From a virus (lineage: Duplodnaviria; Caudoviricetes): a stretch of DNA of 37,317 nt. Shown here one piece after another: positions 16,498 through 26,105 of the stretch. The first letter of the stretch is position 1, and each line of letters starts with the position of its first letter. The stretch lies in the IMG/VR virus record IMGVR_UViG_3300044723_003130, positions 1-37,317 of that record; one strand, 5' to 3'. The notes beneath the pieces are model-generated. The model saw only the letters and a program-made list of their open reading frames with translations, had not been told where the DNA came from and ran no database searches. Both the position numbers and the translations under genes were made by a program.

Positions 16498-17082
16498 TTA
16501 TTTCTCCTTTCCGAGCTTTATTTTCGCTATGCTTGCTTCATAGACACTAAATAATTCTTCAGGTAATGTTTTACCTAATTTATATTGGTCTTTGGCCCAA
16601 GCTTTTAACGTTTGAGAATGTACGTCAGCTTTTTCATCATAAGGTATATCTTTAAAATTTTTAGATAAAACCTCAATTAACTTATCAGCTTGATCGTACT
16701 TTCCTTTAGGGAAACTAACTTTAACATCATGTTTAATTAGTTCCGCATGGCCTTCATCTTCTAACCATTTTAAAGCATCAGCTTTTCTGTCAGCTTTAAT
16801 TGAGCAAAAGATTTCGTCTTTAACTTTGATTTGAGTGCCATCTTTCAAATCAAATCTTTCTAAACCACCGCATGCTCTCATAGCATCTGGTAGTTCTTCT
16901 TCTTGTATCTTACGAATTTCAAGTTTAAGATTTTTTAATTCTTCTTCTTTCTTCGCAAGTTGTTTATTTTTATCTACAAGTTTATTACCAATTCTAGTAA
17001 CTACTTCTAGTCCTACATCTGGTAACTTTTCTTTTTTCGAGTGTTTTTCAACCTCGTCAAATATCCATGTTTCTTTAGACAT
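16498..17082 (-). CDS. Conserved-looking phage replication-operon protein with N-terminal coiled coil
   Basis: Start moved to 17082 (SD AGAAAGGAGAAAG). ALKWLEDEGH...VHSQTLKAW pattern. Confidence 0.7.
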   Translation of the reverse strand: MSKETWIFDEVEKHSKKEKLPDVGLEVVTRIGNKLVDKNKQLAKKEEELKNLKLEIRKIQEEELPDAMRACGGLERFDLKDGTQIKVKDEIFCSIKADRKADALKWLEDEGHAELIKHDVKVSFPKGKYDQADKLIEVLSKNFKDIPYDEKADVHSQTLKAWAKDQYKLGKTLPEELFSVYEASIAKIKLGKEK

Positions 17083-17407
17083 TTGCTTTCTCCTTTCTAC
17101 TAAAGACGTCACAACATACATTATAGTAAGCTCTATTTTCTCTGTCCCACTTTAATATATTTACAACGCCATTGTTAACGTCACCTGCTATTATAGAAGC
17201 TATTGCTATAGCAGCAGGATCACCCATTGCTAATAAGTAATCATCATCACTAAAATCTTTTAGTTTTGATTTTAACATTCTAATAATAGGTGCTGGAGAT
17301 AACATTATTTGATGTCCTGGTGGTAGCAATGGAATTAAATCACCAAAGCGACCGGCAGCCAGTACATTAACATTAGGGTTTTCTTGTACTACATAAACTT
17401 TACCCAT
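17075..17407 (-). CDS. Hypothetical protein, first gene of the replication operon
   Basis: 110-aa ORF with strong SD AAGAAAGGAGAA. Confidence 0.75.
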   Translation of the reverse strand: MGKVYVVQENPNVNVLAAGRFGDLIPLLPPGHQIMLSPAPIIRMLKSKLKDFSDDDYLLAMGDPAAIAIASIIAGDVNNGVVNILKWDRENRAYYNVCCDVFSRKEKANV

Positions 17408-17431
17408 TTAGTTCTCCTTTCTTCATTTACT

Positions 17432-17466
17432 ATTTACTTATATCGAAAAGTTATATAGAAGTAAAT
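17432..17466. promoter_or_regulatory. Divergent promoter region with 8-bp inverted repeat
   Basis: atttactt (17432-17439) and aagtaaat (17459-17466). Minus strand reads TTTACT-17-TATAAG; plus strand reads TTTACT-17-TAGAAG. Confidence 0.45.
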
Positions 17467-17493
17467 TATAAAATAGAAAACAGAAAGATTTAT

Positions 17494-18969
17494 ATGCAAG
17501 TACAATTTATTAATGATGATGATTTTATAAAGTATAAATTTAAAACTAAACCATTTAAACATCAGTATGATGCTTTTTTAGAAAGTAAAGATAAGGAGGC
17601 CTATGCATTATTTATGGAACAAGGTACTGGTAAGTCTAAAGTTATTATTGATAACATTGCCTATCTATTTAGGAGAGGCTCTATTGATACTGCTATCATT
17701 GCTGCTCCTAAAGGTGTATATCGTAATTGGTTTGCTTCTGAATTTAATACGCACATGCCTGAAGATGTCGTACAATTATCTAAAGTCTGTATATGGTCGC
17801 CTAGTGAAACGAAAAAAAATGTAGATGAGTTAGTTGATTTCTTAAAAGAATCAGAGAAGTTAAGATTTTTTATTATAAATATAGAAGCTCTATCTACTGA
17901 CAAAGGTAAAAATTATTTACAACGATTATTAAATACTGGAAAAGCTTTTTTCTGTATAGATGAAAGTACAACGATTAAACATAGAACTGCTAGAAGAACT
18001 AAATCAGTTTTAAAACTTGGTCGTATGGCTAAGTATAGAAGAATACTAACAGGGACACCAGTGACCCAAGGTCCTCTAGACTTATGGTCACAAGTTAATT
18101 TTCTAGATGAATATATTTTACAATCTAGTTTCTATGCATATCGAAATGCTTATTGTGTACTTCGTAGAAGACGTACATCAACTCATAGTTTTGATGAAAT
18201 AGTAAGTTATCAAAGATTAGATGAATTACAAGATACTTTAAAGCCATATAGCTTTAGAGTAACTAAAGAAGAATGCTTAGATTTACCACCTAAATTAAGG
18301 CAAAAACGAGAAATAGAGCTTAATTCTCACCAGAAGCGTCTATATCACACACTTAGAAAACGTGCTATAGTAGAACTAGAACAGTCTAAATTAGTGACTG
18401 CGCCTCTTATAATCACACGAATATTACGACTTCAGCAGATATTATCTGGTTTTATTAAATATGACGATGGAAGAGAAGAAGTTATCCCGGGAACTAACCC
18501 TAGACTAGAAGAACTAATGAATGTGTTAGAAGAATCAACTGGCGGTGTAATTATATGGGCTACGTTTAGAAGAAGTATAGAAATGATCTATGATGCTCTA
18601 GCTAAAAAATATGGTGCTAGTAATGTAGCTACATATTATGGTGAAACTGAATCTGAATTAAGACAAGAAATAGTTACTAAGTTTCAAGCTGGTGAAATTA
18701 AATATTTTATAGGCCAACCTAGAACTGGAGGTTATGGTCTAACTTTAACTAATGCAAAAACAGTTATCTATTTTAATAATACTTATGATATGGAAGTTAG
18801 ATTACAATCAGAAGATAGAGCACATAGAATAGGTCAAAAAGATAAAGTTACTTATGTAGATTTAGTTGTACCTGGAAGTATTGATGATAAGATACTTAAA
18901 ACTTTAGATACTAAAAAGAAACTCGCTGATCAAATAACAGGTGATCATTGGAAAGAATTATTTAGTTAG
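17494..18969 (+). CDS. SNF2-family (SF2) helicase
   Basis: FMEQGTGKS, IDEST, LTGTP, GYGLTL, QSEDRAHRIGQ. Confidence 0.92.
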   Translation: MQVQFINDDDFIKYKFKTKPFKHQYDAFLESKDKEAYALFMEQGTGKSKVIIDNIAYLFRRGSIDTAIIAAPKGVYRNWFASEFNTHMPEDVVQLSKVCIWSPSETKKNVDELVDFLKESEKLRFFIINIEALSTDKGKNYLQRLLNTGKAFFCIDESTTIKHRTARRTKSVLKLGRMAKYRRILTGTPVTQGPLDLWSQVNFLDEYILQSSFYAYRNAYCVLRRRRTSTHSFDEIVSYQRLDELQDTLKPYSFRVTKEECLDLPPKLRQKREIELNSHQKRLYHTLRKRAIVELEQSKLVTAPLIITRILRLQQILSGFIKYDDGREEVIPGTNPRLEELMNVLEESTGGVIIWATFRRSIEMIYDALAKKYGASNVATYYGETESELRQEIVTKFQAGEIKYFIGQPRTGGYGLTLTNAKTVIYFNNTYDMEVRLQSEDRAHRIGQKDKVTYVDLVVPGSIDDKILKTLDTKKKLADQITGDHWKELFS

Positions 18970-19036
18970 GCGGCCCGCCAAAAAAAGCAAGAAGACACAT
19001 AAGAATAATAAGTATTGCTGTAAATCTGTAGTCCAC
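18962..19036 (-). CDS. 24-aa single-TM peptide at the end of the lysis cassette (below the ORF-track size cut-off)
   Basis: GTG start at 19036 after GGAG; translates to MDYRFTAILIILMCLLAFFGGPPN; TAA at 18964-18962. Confidence 0.45.
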   Translation of the reverse strand: MDYRFTAILIILMCLLAFFGGPPN

Positions 19037-19051
19037 TTGGCAGTCTCCATA

Positions 19052-19429
19052 TTATTTCTTTTTAATTATATCGGCTCCTTTCAAACCATAAATTGCTGAT
19101 ACCACTCCAATAAATAAAGCTTGATACCAAAATGGCATGTTGCCAAAGTATTCAAAGAAGGTGTCTAATTTAGTACGAATTTCTGGATCGTCAGAAAAGA
19201 TAGACCACACCAATATAATAACAGGAGCGGATACCAAAAGTAAGACAAATTCATCTTTCCAGCCTTTATCATTAGACGCAATAATTTCCTTTTTGTATTC
19301 AATTTCGCCTTTCGCCAACCGCTCAGCATGCAATCGCTCAGCGTCTGACATTAACATTTTAGTTTGTTGTCTGTTCTTATAAATATGCGATCCAGCTTTG
19401 AATAGCATACTTGCTGCATTTAACCACAT
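19052..19429 (-). CDS. Holin (GTA-type 3TM-like)
   Basis: Start moved to 19429 (SD GGAGG). WKDEFVLLLVSAPVIILVW and PFWYQALFIGVVSAIYGLK hydrophobic segments, basic C-terminus, adjacent to the endolysin. Confidence 0.72.
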   Translation of the reverse strand: MWLNAASMLFKAGSHIYKNRQQTKMLMSDAERLHAERLAKGEIEYKKEIIASNDKGWKDEFVLLLVSAPVIILVWSIFSDDPEIRTKLDTFFEYFGNMPFWYQALFIGVVSAIYGLKGADIIKKK

Positions 19430-19863
19430 TTTATGTCCTCCTTGTGTAACCATTCTTTAAGAGGAAAACCTGGGCAATTAGGTTTATTCTCTTGAACGTC
19501 ACTGTGTCCAACGATTTCTTTTATATGCGGATATTTTTTTAATAACATCTCTATCGTATCTTTTAAAGTAAAAAATTGCTCTAAAGTAAAATTATTTTCA
19601 GGACCATTATCTTCAGCCATACCACCAACTAAACAGATACCAATACTTCTAGAATTAACAGCAGGCGCATGTGCTCCTTTATAACCTATAGGTCTAGCTA
19701 TTTCTAATTTACCATTACGTCTAATAATAAAATGGTAACCAACATCGTCCCAACCGTTTTGATCCACGTGCCACTTTCTAATTTCATCATAACCAATATC
19801 CATTGTAGCTTTAGTTGCAGCACAATGTACTACGATTATATCAGTATTAGTTCTTAACTCCAT
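19420..19863 (-). CDS. Endolysin, T7-lysozyme-type N-acetylmuramoyl-L-alanine amidase
   Basis: IVVHCAAT, IRKWH, GWDDVGYHFII, GAH, SIGICLVGG, GHSD, CPGF. Confidence 0.92.
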   Translation of the reverse strand: MELRTNTDIIVVHCAATKATMDIGYDEIRKWHVDQNGWDDVGYHFIIRRNGKLEIARPIGYKGAHAPAVNSRSIGICLVGGMAEDNGPENNFTLEQFFTLKDTIEMLLKKYPHIKEIVGHSDVQENKPNCPGFPLKEWLHKEDIKCG

Positions 19864-20150
19864 GTAACACCTCTTTTTTCTACTATTCTACACTTTTTTG
19901 TGTTTAAATCTACTTTAATTATTTCAATATTTTTATTTTTAATTCTAGGTACTCTAGATATAGAGCTTCCATCTTTTCTTTTATTTTCTACTTTAACATC
20001 AAATAGTCTAGTTTTAAATGTAACAGGATCCACGGCTACCAAATCTACAGCCGAATGTGTTTGACAACCAGTAAATACAAAATAATTATTTTCTTGTAAC
20101 CAACAGATAGCTAAATTTTCTGCGTAACAACCTTTGTTTTTTGTTATCAC
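19854..20150 (-). CDS. Small PD-(D/E)xK endonuclease-like protein
   Basis: KG.YAE.LA..WL...VDLVA...LFDVK. Confidence 0.6.
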   Translation of the reverse strand: MITKNKGCYAENLAICWLQENNYFVFTGCQTHSAVDLVAVDPVTFKTRLFDVKVENKRKDGSSISRVPRIKNKNIEIIKVDLNTKKCRIVEKRGVTWS

Positions 20151-23100
20151 TCACTATCTTCTTTCTTCAACTTCTTCTCAAACTCTCTTTTCTCTAAGTC
20201 GATTTCTTTTACTTTTCCACCTTTAATAAACATATCATATAATTTTTCTATCTTAGGTGTTAAATGTTTATCTAAATATTTAGGTGCAGTTGCACCAGTT
20301 TTACCGACAACTGCATTAACTACAGCATCAATCGGAGTAAATATATCAGGTGATCCTGGTGGTACGTCTTCTCCTTGAACACTTTCTGTAATCTTATCTT
20401 CCATATATTCTTTTGTGTATAATGGATTAGTTTTTAAATCAAAAGTTTTTCTAGGCATAAAATCTTGTGCTGCCTGTAAAACTTTTTTAAATAAATTTTT
20501 ATGTTGTGGTTTAGAGCTTTCTCCTAATCTATCTAACCATCTAGGATAATTTCCACCTAAAAATTGATTTCTAATAGCTTGAGTAAATTTAGCATAATCA
20601 CTTAATAATTCTAAACTATCTCCTCCTAAATCCATACCATCATAAATACGACCTAATCTATTTACAATTAATCTTTTGTGATTTAATGGTCCTGCAAATA
20701 TATCTATAAATAATCCAGCTCTATTTGCAGCCTCTGTTAAACCTTCTGTAACTTTACCGCCTAATTCAGGTTGCTGAACAATTTTTAAAACTTTAGCTAT
20801 ACTTCTATAAGATTCAGTAAATTCTTTACCATATAAATTATCAAGTACACCTTTATTTTGAGTTAAAAAATCATCTAATAAATTTCCATTTAAAGCTTTT
20901 ACATTAGTACCTTGTACATTAGTTTTAACAGCGTTCATCATTTTTTGTAAATATAATTTTCTAACATCAGTTGTTAATTGATTTGATGTTTTAGATAATC
21001 TACTTATTAATGGTTTAATATCAATTTTATTTCCTATTCTAAATATCTCATCAGCAATTGCTGTACCAGTTCCTTGATCTAATAACTTAACATTTAAACT
21101 TGGTAATTCTTTAGATACAATATTTTGAATATCAGCGTTTTGTTTTACAAGATCATCATATAATTTCATCGCTGATCCAGTGTCTTTAGCAAATTGTTCG
21201 TAAAGATCATCACCTAAAATTAATCTATAATTGTCTCCATACTTTTTAATAAAAGCTTTATGAGATAGTTTTTCTTTTTCACCTGCAGCTTTAGGAAAAA
21301 CATTATCGTAGTAATGTTGATACAAAGATCCTTTGATTTTATTATTTTGTGTAAATGTAGTAAATTTACCTTCTATTAAATTACCTAATTTTTCGGCATT
21401 ATTTAATCCTTGTTTAGAGTTTTCAGTAACAGAATTAAATACATTTCTACCAGTACCAGTTAAGCTTGCTGATTTAATAACTTGTGGTTTAGGTCCGTAT
21501 CCGATTTCGTCTGCTAATTGACTTAAAAAACTATTTTTATAATTAAATAATAAATCTTTATATTCATTATAAAAAGCAGCAGTATCTGGACTTTTTTGTA
21601 CAGCATCATTTATTGCATCATCGAATATACCTTTTAAATTTCTTATAGCATCTCTAGTTCCAGTAGGTACAGCATCTGTAATATCTATATTTTGTAAAGC
21701 TCTTTTAATTGCTAAAGCATTATTAAAACTTAAATTATCTATACTTGTAACACCACCTTTTAAAATTTTTAATTGATCTTTTACTAATCCAAATTGTCCG
21801 CCGTTAGCTTCTAAAAAATTAACAAATTCATTTATAGTTTTTTGTTTTTTCCATTGTGCTAAAGCTTTTTTACCTTTAGGCGGATTAGGTGATATTTTTT
21901 TTCTTAAAGTTAAATCGTATTCATTAAAAATATTTTTTAAAACTTTAGTTCCTTTTTCGTCTAATTTAACTGATAGTTGATTTGCTTTAGCTGACTTATC
22001 TATTTTAGTTTGTAATAAACTTAATCTAGAATTAATTTTTTCATTAACTTCATTAAATACAATACCCATTTTATCAATTTGATCTGTTTCATAAGTTTTG
22101 TATAAATTATCTTTTATTTTTTGTGTATTAGCAAAAGCTTGTTTAACACCTTTATCAGCATTAAATAATTCATCTTCTCTAATATTTTTTACATTCTTTT
22201 CTATGTTATCTAAAATAGTATCACTGGTTTTAGCATTCATATCATCTATACCAGTAGTGTATTTTAATATTTTCTTTTCTACTTCTTTATTCTGTACTCT
22301 AATATTTGCTGAGTTTAATGCATTCTTATAAGTTTGTTCAGCTCCAAATTTACCACCACCTTTTGGAATAATACCGCTTTCTGGTATCATATTTGCTACA
22401 CTGATTGCAATATAATCATTTGCAATATCATCAGGGACTCCAGCATTTTTTAAAACTGTTTTAGCTTCATCAATTGTTTTAGTCATTTCTGAATCTAAAG
22501 TTCCGCCTGCTTTTAAAAATTTACCTACAGTATCTCCAGATAATCTTTCGCTTCCTGCCATAAATACTTGTTGTTTTATAACTTTAGCAAGTGGTAAAAA
22601 TAAAGCAGTTGCTGCAGCATCAAATGCTCCAACTTTTGCTGCTTGATTAAAAGCTAGTTCATCAAATTCTTCTTCTGTTATATTATCAAATAGACCATAT
22701 TTTTTACCTAACAATAATCTATAATATTCTGCACCTGCAGCAGATAAACCCGATCCAACAATAGTTCCTCCAGGACCAAATCCAGAGCCAACAGTTCCTC
22801 CCGCAATACTTGCTCCTATTACCATAGCATCACCAGCAAAACCTTGAAGATCAGAAGTATCAAAACCTGGTTTATTAAAAGTATAAAGAAAACCATCGCC
22901 GCCTAATTCTTTAGGAATAGAAAATACTAAACCATTATATGAATCATTTCCTGCACCTACTTTTTGATTTTTAACTACAATTTTATCTTTATACTTGTCA
23001 ACAAGTTCTTTATCTAAACCTTGATTTTGTACTAAGTCATCTGCTAATAATTTTTTAGCACCAAATAATTGTGCGTCTGGTGTATTAAGACCAAAACTTA

Positions 23101-23461
23101 ATTTATATCTTACATCAGCTGGAGCTTCTTTATTAGTTCTTACACCAAATAAATTAAATACTTTTTCTTTATCAGGCATGTAATAACCTAATCCTTCATC
23201 TAGTCCTTCTATAAATACTTCATCATATTCCTGTGTATCTTTTTTAATTTTTTTAGAAGTGGATTTCATTAAGTCAAAGTCATAACCTTGACTTGTAAAT
23301 ATATCTTTTTCAGTTTCTGGTTTTTGTTGAGTTTTTAATTCTGATAAATAAGTATCTTTATCTATTGCACCTGTAACTAATCCCTCTGCAGTTTTTTCAT
23401 CAAGACCACCAGCAATTAATTCATTAAAAACATTTTTTTGCTGTGAAGAAAGTTCTGCCAT
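20147..23461 (-). CDS. Large internal virion / DNA-ejection protein
   Basis: 1104 aa, helical, with a Gly/Ala-rich hydrophobic stretch; last of three internal-protein genes in podovirus order. Confidence 0.6.
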   Translation of the reverse strand: MAELSSQQKNVFNELIAGGLDEKTAEGLVTGAIDKDTYLSELKTQQKPETEKDIFTSQGYDFDLMKSTSKKIKKDTQEYDEVFIEGLDEGLGYYMPDKEKVFNLFGVRTNKEAPADVRYKLSFGLNTPDAQLFGAKKLLADDLVQNQGLDKELVDKYKDKIVVKNQKVGAGNDSYNGLVFSIPKELGGDGFLYTFNKPGFDTSDLQGFAGDAMVIGASIAGGTVGSGFGPGGTIVGSGLSAAGAEYYRLLLGKKYGLFDNITEEEFDELAFNQAAKVGAFDAAATALFLPLAKVIKQQVFMAGSERLSGDTVGKFLKAGGTLDSEMTKTIDEAKTVLKNAGVPDDIANDYIAISVANMIPESGIIPKGGGKFGAEQTYKNALNSANIRVQNKEVEKKILKYTTGIDDMNAKTSDTILDNIEKNVKNIREDELFNADKGVKQAFANTQKIKDNLYKTYETDQIDKMGIVFNEVNEKINSRLSLLQTKIDKSAKANQLSVKLDEKGTKVLKNIFNEYDLTLRKKISPNPPKGKKALAQWKKQKTINEFVNFLEANGGQFGLVKDQLKILKGGVTSIDNLSFNNALAIKRALQNIDITDAVPTGTRDAIRNLKGIFDDAINDAVQKSPDTAAFYNEYKDLLFNYKNSFLSQLADEIGYGPKPQVIKSASLTGTGRNVFNSVTENSKQGLNNAEKLGNLIEGKFTTFTQNNKIKGSLYQHYYDNVFPKAAGEKEKLSHKAFIKKYGDNYRLILGDDLYEQFAKDTGSAMKLYDDLVKQNADIQNIVSKELPSLNVKLLDQGTGTAIADEIFRIGNKIDIKPLISRLSKTSNQLTTDVRKLYLQKMMNAVKTNVQGTNVKALNGNLLDDFLTQNKGVLDNLYGKEFTESYRSIAKVLKIVQQPELGGKVTEGLTEAANRAGLFIDIFAGPLNHKRLIVNRLGRIYDGMDLGGDSLELLSDYAKFTQAIRNQFLGGNYPRWLDRLGESSKPQHKNLFKKVLQAAQDFMPRKTFDLKTNPLYTKEYMEDKITESVQGEDVPPGSPDIFTPIDAVVNAVVGKTGATAPKYLDKHLTPKIEKLYDMFIKGGKVKEIDLEKREFEKKLKKEDSE

Positions 23462-23464
23462 TTT

Positions 23465-24814
23465 TTATTTATTTCCATTTATTAATTCATCAGTAACTTT
23501 ATTTTGTATTAAATCTTGAATATTTTGTTCTTGAGCTTCTTGAGTTTTTTTGTAAGTATCGAAATAATTAGTAGTTCCACCTTTAAATTGTGGTGCTAAC
23601 TCTTGATAGTAATAAGCATTAATAATTCTAAATGGATTAGCATCTTCCGCTGTTCCAAATAATTCTACTAGACTTTCTTCTGTTACTTTATCTTTTAATT
23701 CATCAGCTAAAGCTTGAGCTGCTTTTTCATTTGCAACCTGTTCAAATTCAATATTTTTATTTATAAATGCTTCTTCTTTAGCAAAATTAGGTATTTTATT
23801 ATTAATTTCCATCATAGCTTTTTGAGCAGCAACAAGTTTTCTTAAAGCTTGTGGATTAGTTCCGATGTCACCAATTGTACTTAATAACACTTGAATATCT
23901 TTATCAGAAGCTGGATATAAATCTTTTACTTGAGATACGATAGCTTGTTTAGTTGCAGCAGAAAATAAATCTTTAAAAGCAACTTTATCTTCAGCAGATA
24001 AATCTTGACCTTTTTCGTAACCAGAAACATTTTCTTTTAATTTATTATATTTATCAGTTAAATCTAATTCAGAAAATATTTTTTCAAATGGTGTTAAAAA
24101 CTCTGATACTAAACCAGTAGGAGCTTCAAAACCTTTTTGAGCTAATTTATATAACTCAGTATATCTTTGATCTAAAGCACCATACTGAGTTTTCTTATCT
24201 CTCATTCTTGTTTGAAAATTTGGATATTCTTTTAAAATAGCTTCACTTATATCATCTCTAAATCTAGGTGCTTCACCTCTTAATGCTTTTTCTAAAGAAG
24301 CTTGTGCTTTAAGTTTAGAAGCTTCTGTTGCTTTACGTTTTTGACCAATAGCTTCTGATTCTAAAAATCCTTTTTTTTGACCTTTAGCAATCATACCAAA
24401 TTCTGATGTTGCTTGACCAATTGGTTTATATGAAGAAGCTTCTATAATAGTATTAAGACCTTGTAAAAATCTAGTTCTTTTTTCTCGATCATCATAAACA
24501 GATTCCATTTTTTTATCTATGCCTTCAGTAAATCCTGTAAGTGCATCACCTACAGAAGATACAAATTGCCTGAATCCACCTTCTTTTTTTTCACCACCAC
24601 CATCACCATTTTTTTTATTACCGACTTGATCTTTAAGTGCGTTACCACCATCTACACCAATTTTACCGTCATTCTCTAATTCTTTTAATCTTTCGTAATC
24701 TCTGTTTTTTGCTCTTATTAAAGAACGTAATTCTAAATCTTCAATGCTTTTTTCTGATTCAGCACCTGGTTGAGCTACAGATTCAATATCTTTATCTTCT
24801 TCATTCACTGCCAT
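23465..24814 (-). CDS. Internal virion / ejection protein
   Basis: 449-aa helical protein containing PASDKD; position in the module. Confidence 0.55.
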   Translation of the reverse strand: MAVNEEDKDIESVAQPGAESEKSIEDLELRSLIRAKNRDYERLKELENDGKIGVDGGNALKDQVGNKKNGDGGGEKKEGGFRQFVSSVGDALTGFTEGIDKKMESVYDDREKRTRFLQGLNTIIEASSYKPIGQATSEFGMIAKGQKKGFLESEAIGQKRKATEASKLKAQASLEKALRGEAPRFRDDISEAILKEYPNFQTRMRDKKTQYGALDQRYTELYKLAQKGFEAPTGLVSEFLTPFEKIFSELDLTDKYNKLKENVSGYEKGQDLSAEDKVAFKDLFSAATKQAIVSQVKDLYPASDKDIQVLLSTIGDIGTNPQALRKLVAAQKAMMEINNKIPNFAKEEAFINKNIEFEQVANEKAAQALADELKDKVTEESLVELFGTAEDANPFRIINAYYYQELAPQFKGGTTNYFDTYKKTQEAQEQNIQDLIQNKVTDELINGNK

Positions 24815-24823
24815 ATTAATCTC

Positions 24824-25657
24824 CTACATAAATCCTGATAAAGCTTGAGCTCCACCGACTATTTGTGAAAACGTACTTGGTGATCCTACTGGTGTTCCTA
24901 CAAAGCCTGATCGTTCTTCTCCATAAGTTCTTATAGGTGCTCCTGCTAATGCACCAACCATTTGTCTAATTTGTCCTGCTGGATATTCTCTTTCTTCAAT
25001 GAAATCTCTATATTGTTCAGCAAGTCCTGCTTGTTCTATTCCTCTTGCTAATTGTCCAAATTGACCTAAACCTTGTGCTGCTCCAGCAAGTCCTGATAAT
25101 TGAGATTGTGCTGCTTGTAATTGTGAAGCTCTATCTTGAGCAAATCTTTGTGCACCTGATTCAAAACCAGCTTGTCTTAATCTTCCTGAAGTATCAACAA
25201 CTTGTTGTAAATATCTTTCTCTACCTAAAGCTCTTTCTACACCTTCTCTACTTCCTCCAAAAGCTCCTGCACCAATTGCCTGAGTTGCCATTCCTCTTTG
25301 TTGTTGACCATAAGCTTCTCCTAAATCTGATAATGTAGATTCAATAACAGCATTCGTATAAGGATTCATATACTGTTGCATTGTTGCAGTATCAAAAGTT
25401 TGTGCTCCTATTTGAGCTAACTGTCCAGCTTGTGGTAAAATTTGAGTACCATAAACGTTAGCAACTTGTTGTTCTTGTGGAGTAAGTTGAGCTATACGTT
25501 GACCTTGATAACCTTCATAAGGTTGTGTAAATACATTCTCTGCTGTTCTTAAAGTTCTTTCTTGAATCTCTTTAAAATATTCAGGGATTTGAGAAGTAAC
25601 TGTTTGTTGACTTGGTGCTTGAATGACAGTTGTTGATGGTTTAAAAAGACTACCCAT
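24824..25657 (-). CDS. Small internal virion / DNA-transfer (pilot) protein
   Basis: Gln/Ala/Gly-rich, with QYMNPY and GAFGGSR motifs; follows the GNAT-like gene. Confidence 0.6.
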   Translation of the reverse strand: MGSLFKPSTTVIQAPSQQTVTSQIPEYFKEIQERTLRTAENVFTQPYEGYQGQRIAQLTPQEQQVANVYGTQILPQAGQLAQIGAQTFDTATMQQYMNPYTNAVIESTLSDLGEAYGQQQRGMATQAIGAGAFGGSREGVERALGRERYLQQVVDTSGRLRQAGFESGAQRFAQDRASQLQAAQSQLSGLAGAAQGLGQFGQLARGIEQAGLAEQYRDFIEEREYPAGQIRQMVGALAGAPIRTYGEERSGFVGTPVGSPSTFSQIVGGAQALSGFM

Positions 25658-26105
25658 TGATTATATATGTTCCTCCAATATTTTTATATCCTAATTTGAC
25701 AAAGGCGTTGTGTTTTCTTTCAACGTCTTTACCTTGAAATACTTCGCATATAGCTGTAAGCTTATTAGCCAATGCGTATTCTTTAAACACTAACATAGTA
25801 GCTTTAAAGATATGAAAGTTTCGATACTTAGGATGTATATGTAACCATAAAGTTCTTAAAAACTTTTTATCACTATACCAAGTTTCGTCTATTGTAGCAG
25901 CCATAGTTCCTACAATATTATTTTCATATTCCACTACTATAACAAAACTATTACGAATGTAAAATATTATATTTTCTAGAGCTTTTTTATTATTAGTGTT
26001 TCCAAAGTTAAATGGAGCTTCTACAAGCCATGTTTTCAATAATTCTCGTATTCTTACAGCATCATCTATACGAGCTAATCTAATTTTATATTTATCTTTT
26101 TCCAT
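25650..26105 (-). CDS. GNAT-fold acetyltransferase-like virion assembly protein
   Basis: IRLARIDD...IVGT...LHIHPKYRN...FVKLGYKNIG; lies between the nozzle and ejection-protein genes. Confidence 0.65.
   Translation of the reverse strand: MEKDKYKIRLARIDDAVRIRELLKTWLVEAPFNFGNTNNKKALENIIFYIRNSFVIVVEYENNIVGTMAATIDETWYSDKKFLRTLWLHIHPKYRNFHIFKATMLVFKEYALANKLTAICEVFQGKDVERKHNAFVKLGYKNIGGTYIING

Noticed and set aside
17075-17407. Possible CARF/ring-nuclease-like small Rossmann fold in the 110-aa protein
   Set aside because: Only a vague alpha/beta pattern (YLLAMGDP); no diagnostic motif can be supported without a profile search.
18969-18987. ggcggcccgcc followed by an A-run, as a terminator between convergent genes
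   Set aside because: The stem is only 4 bp and the A/U tract is on the wrong side for either strand. It is better explained as the FFGGPP codons of the small peptide.
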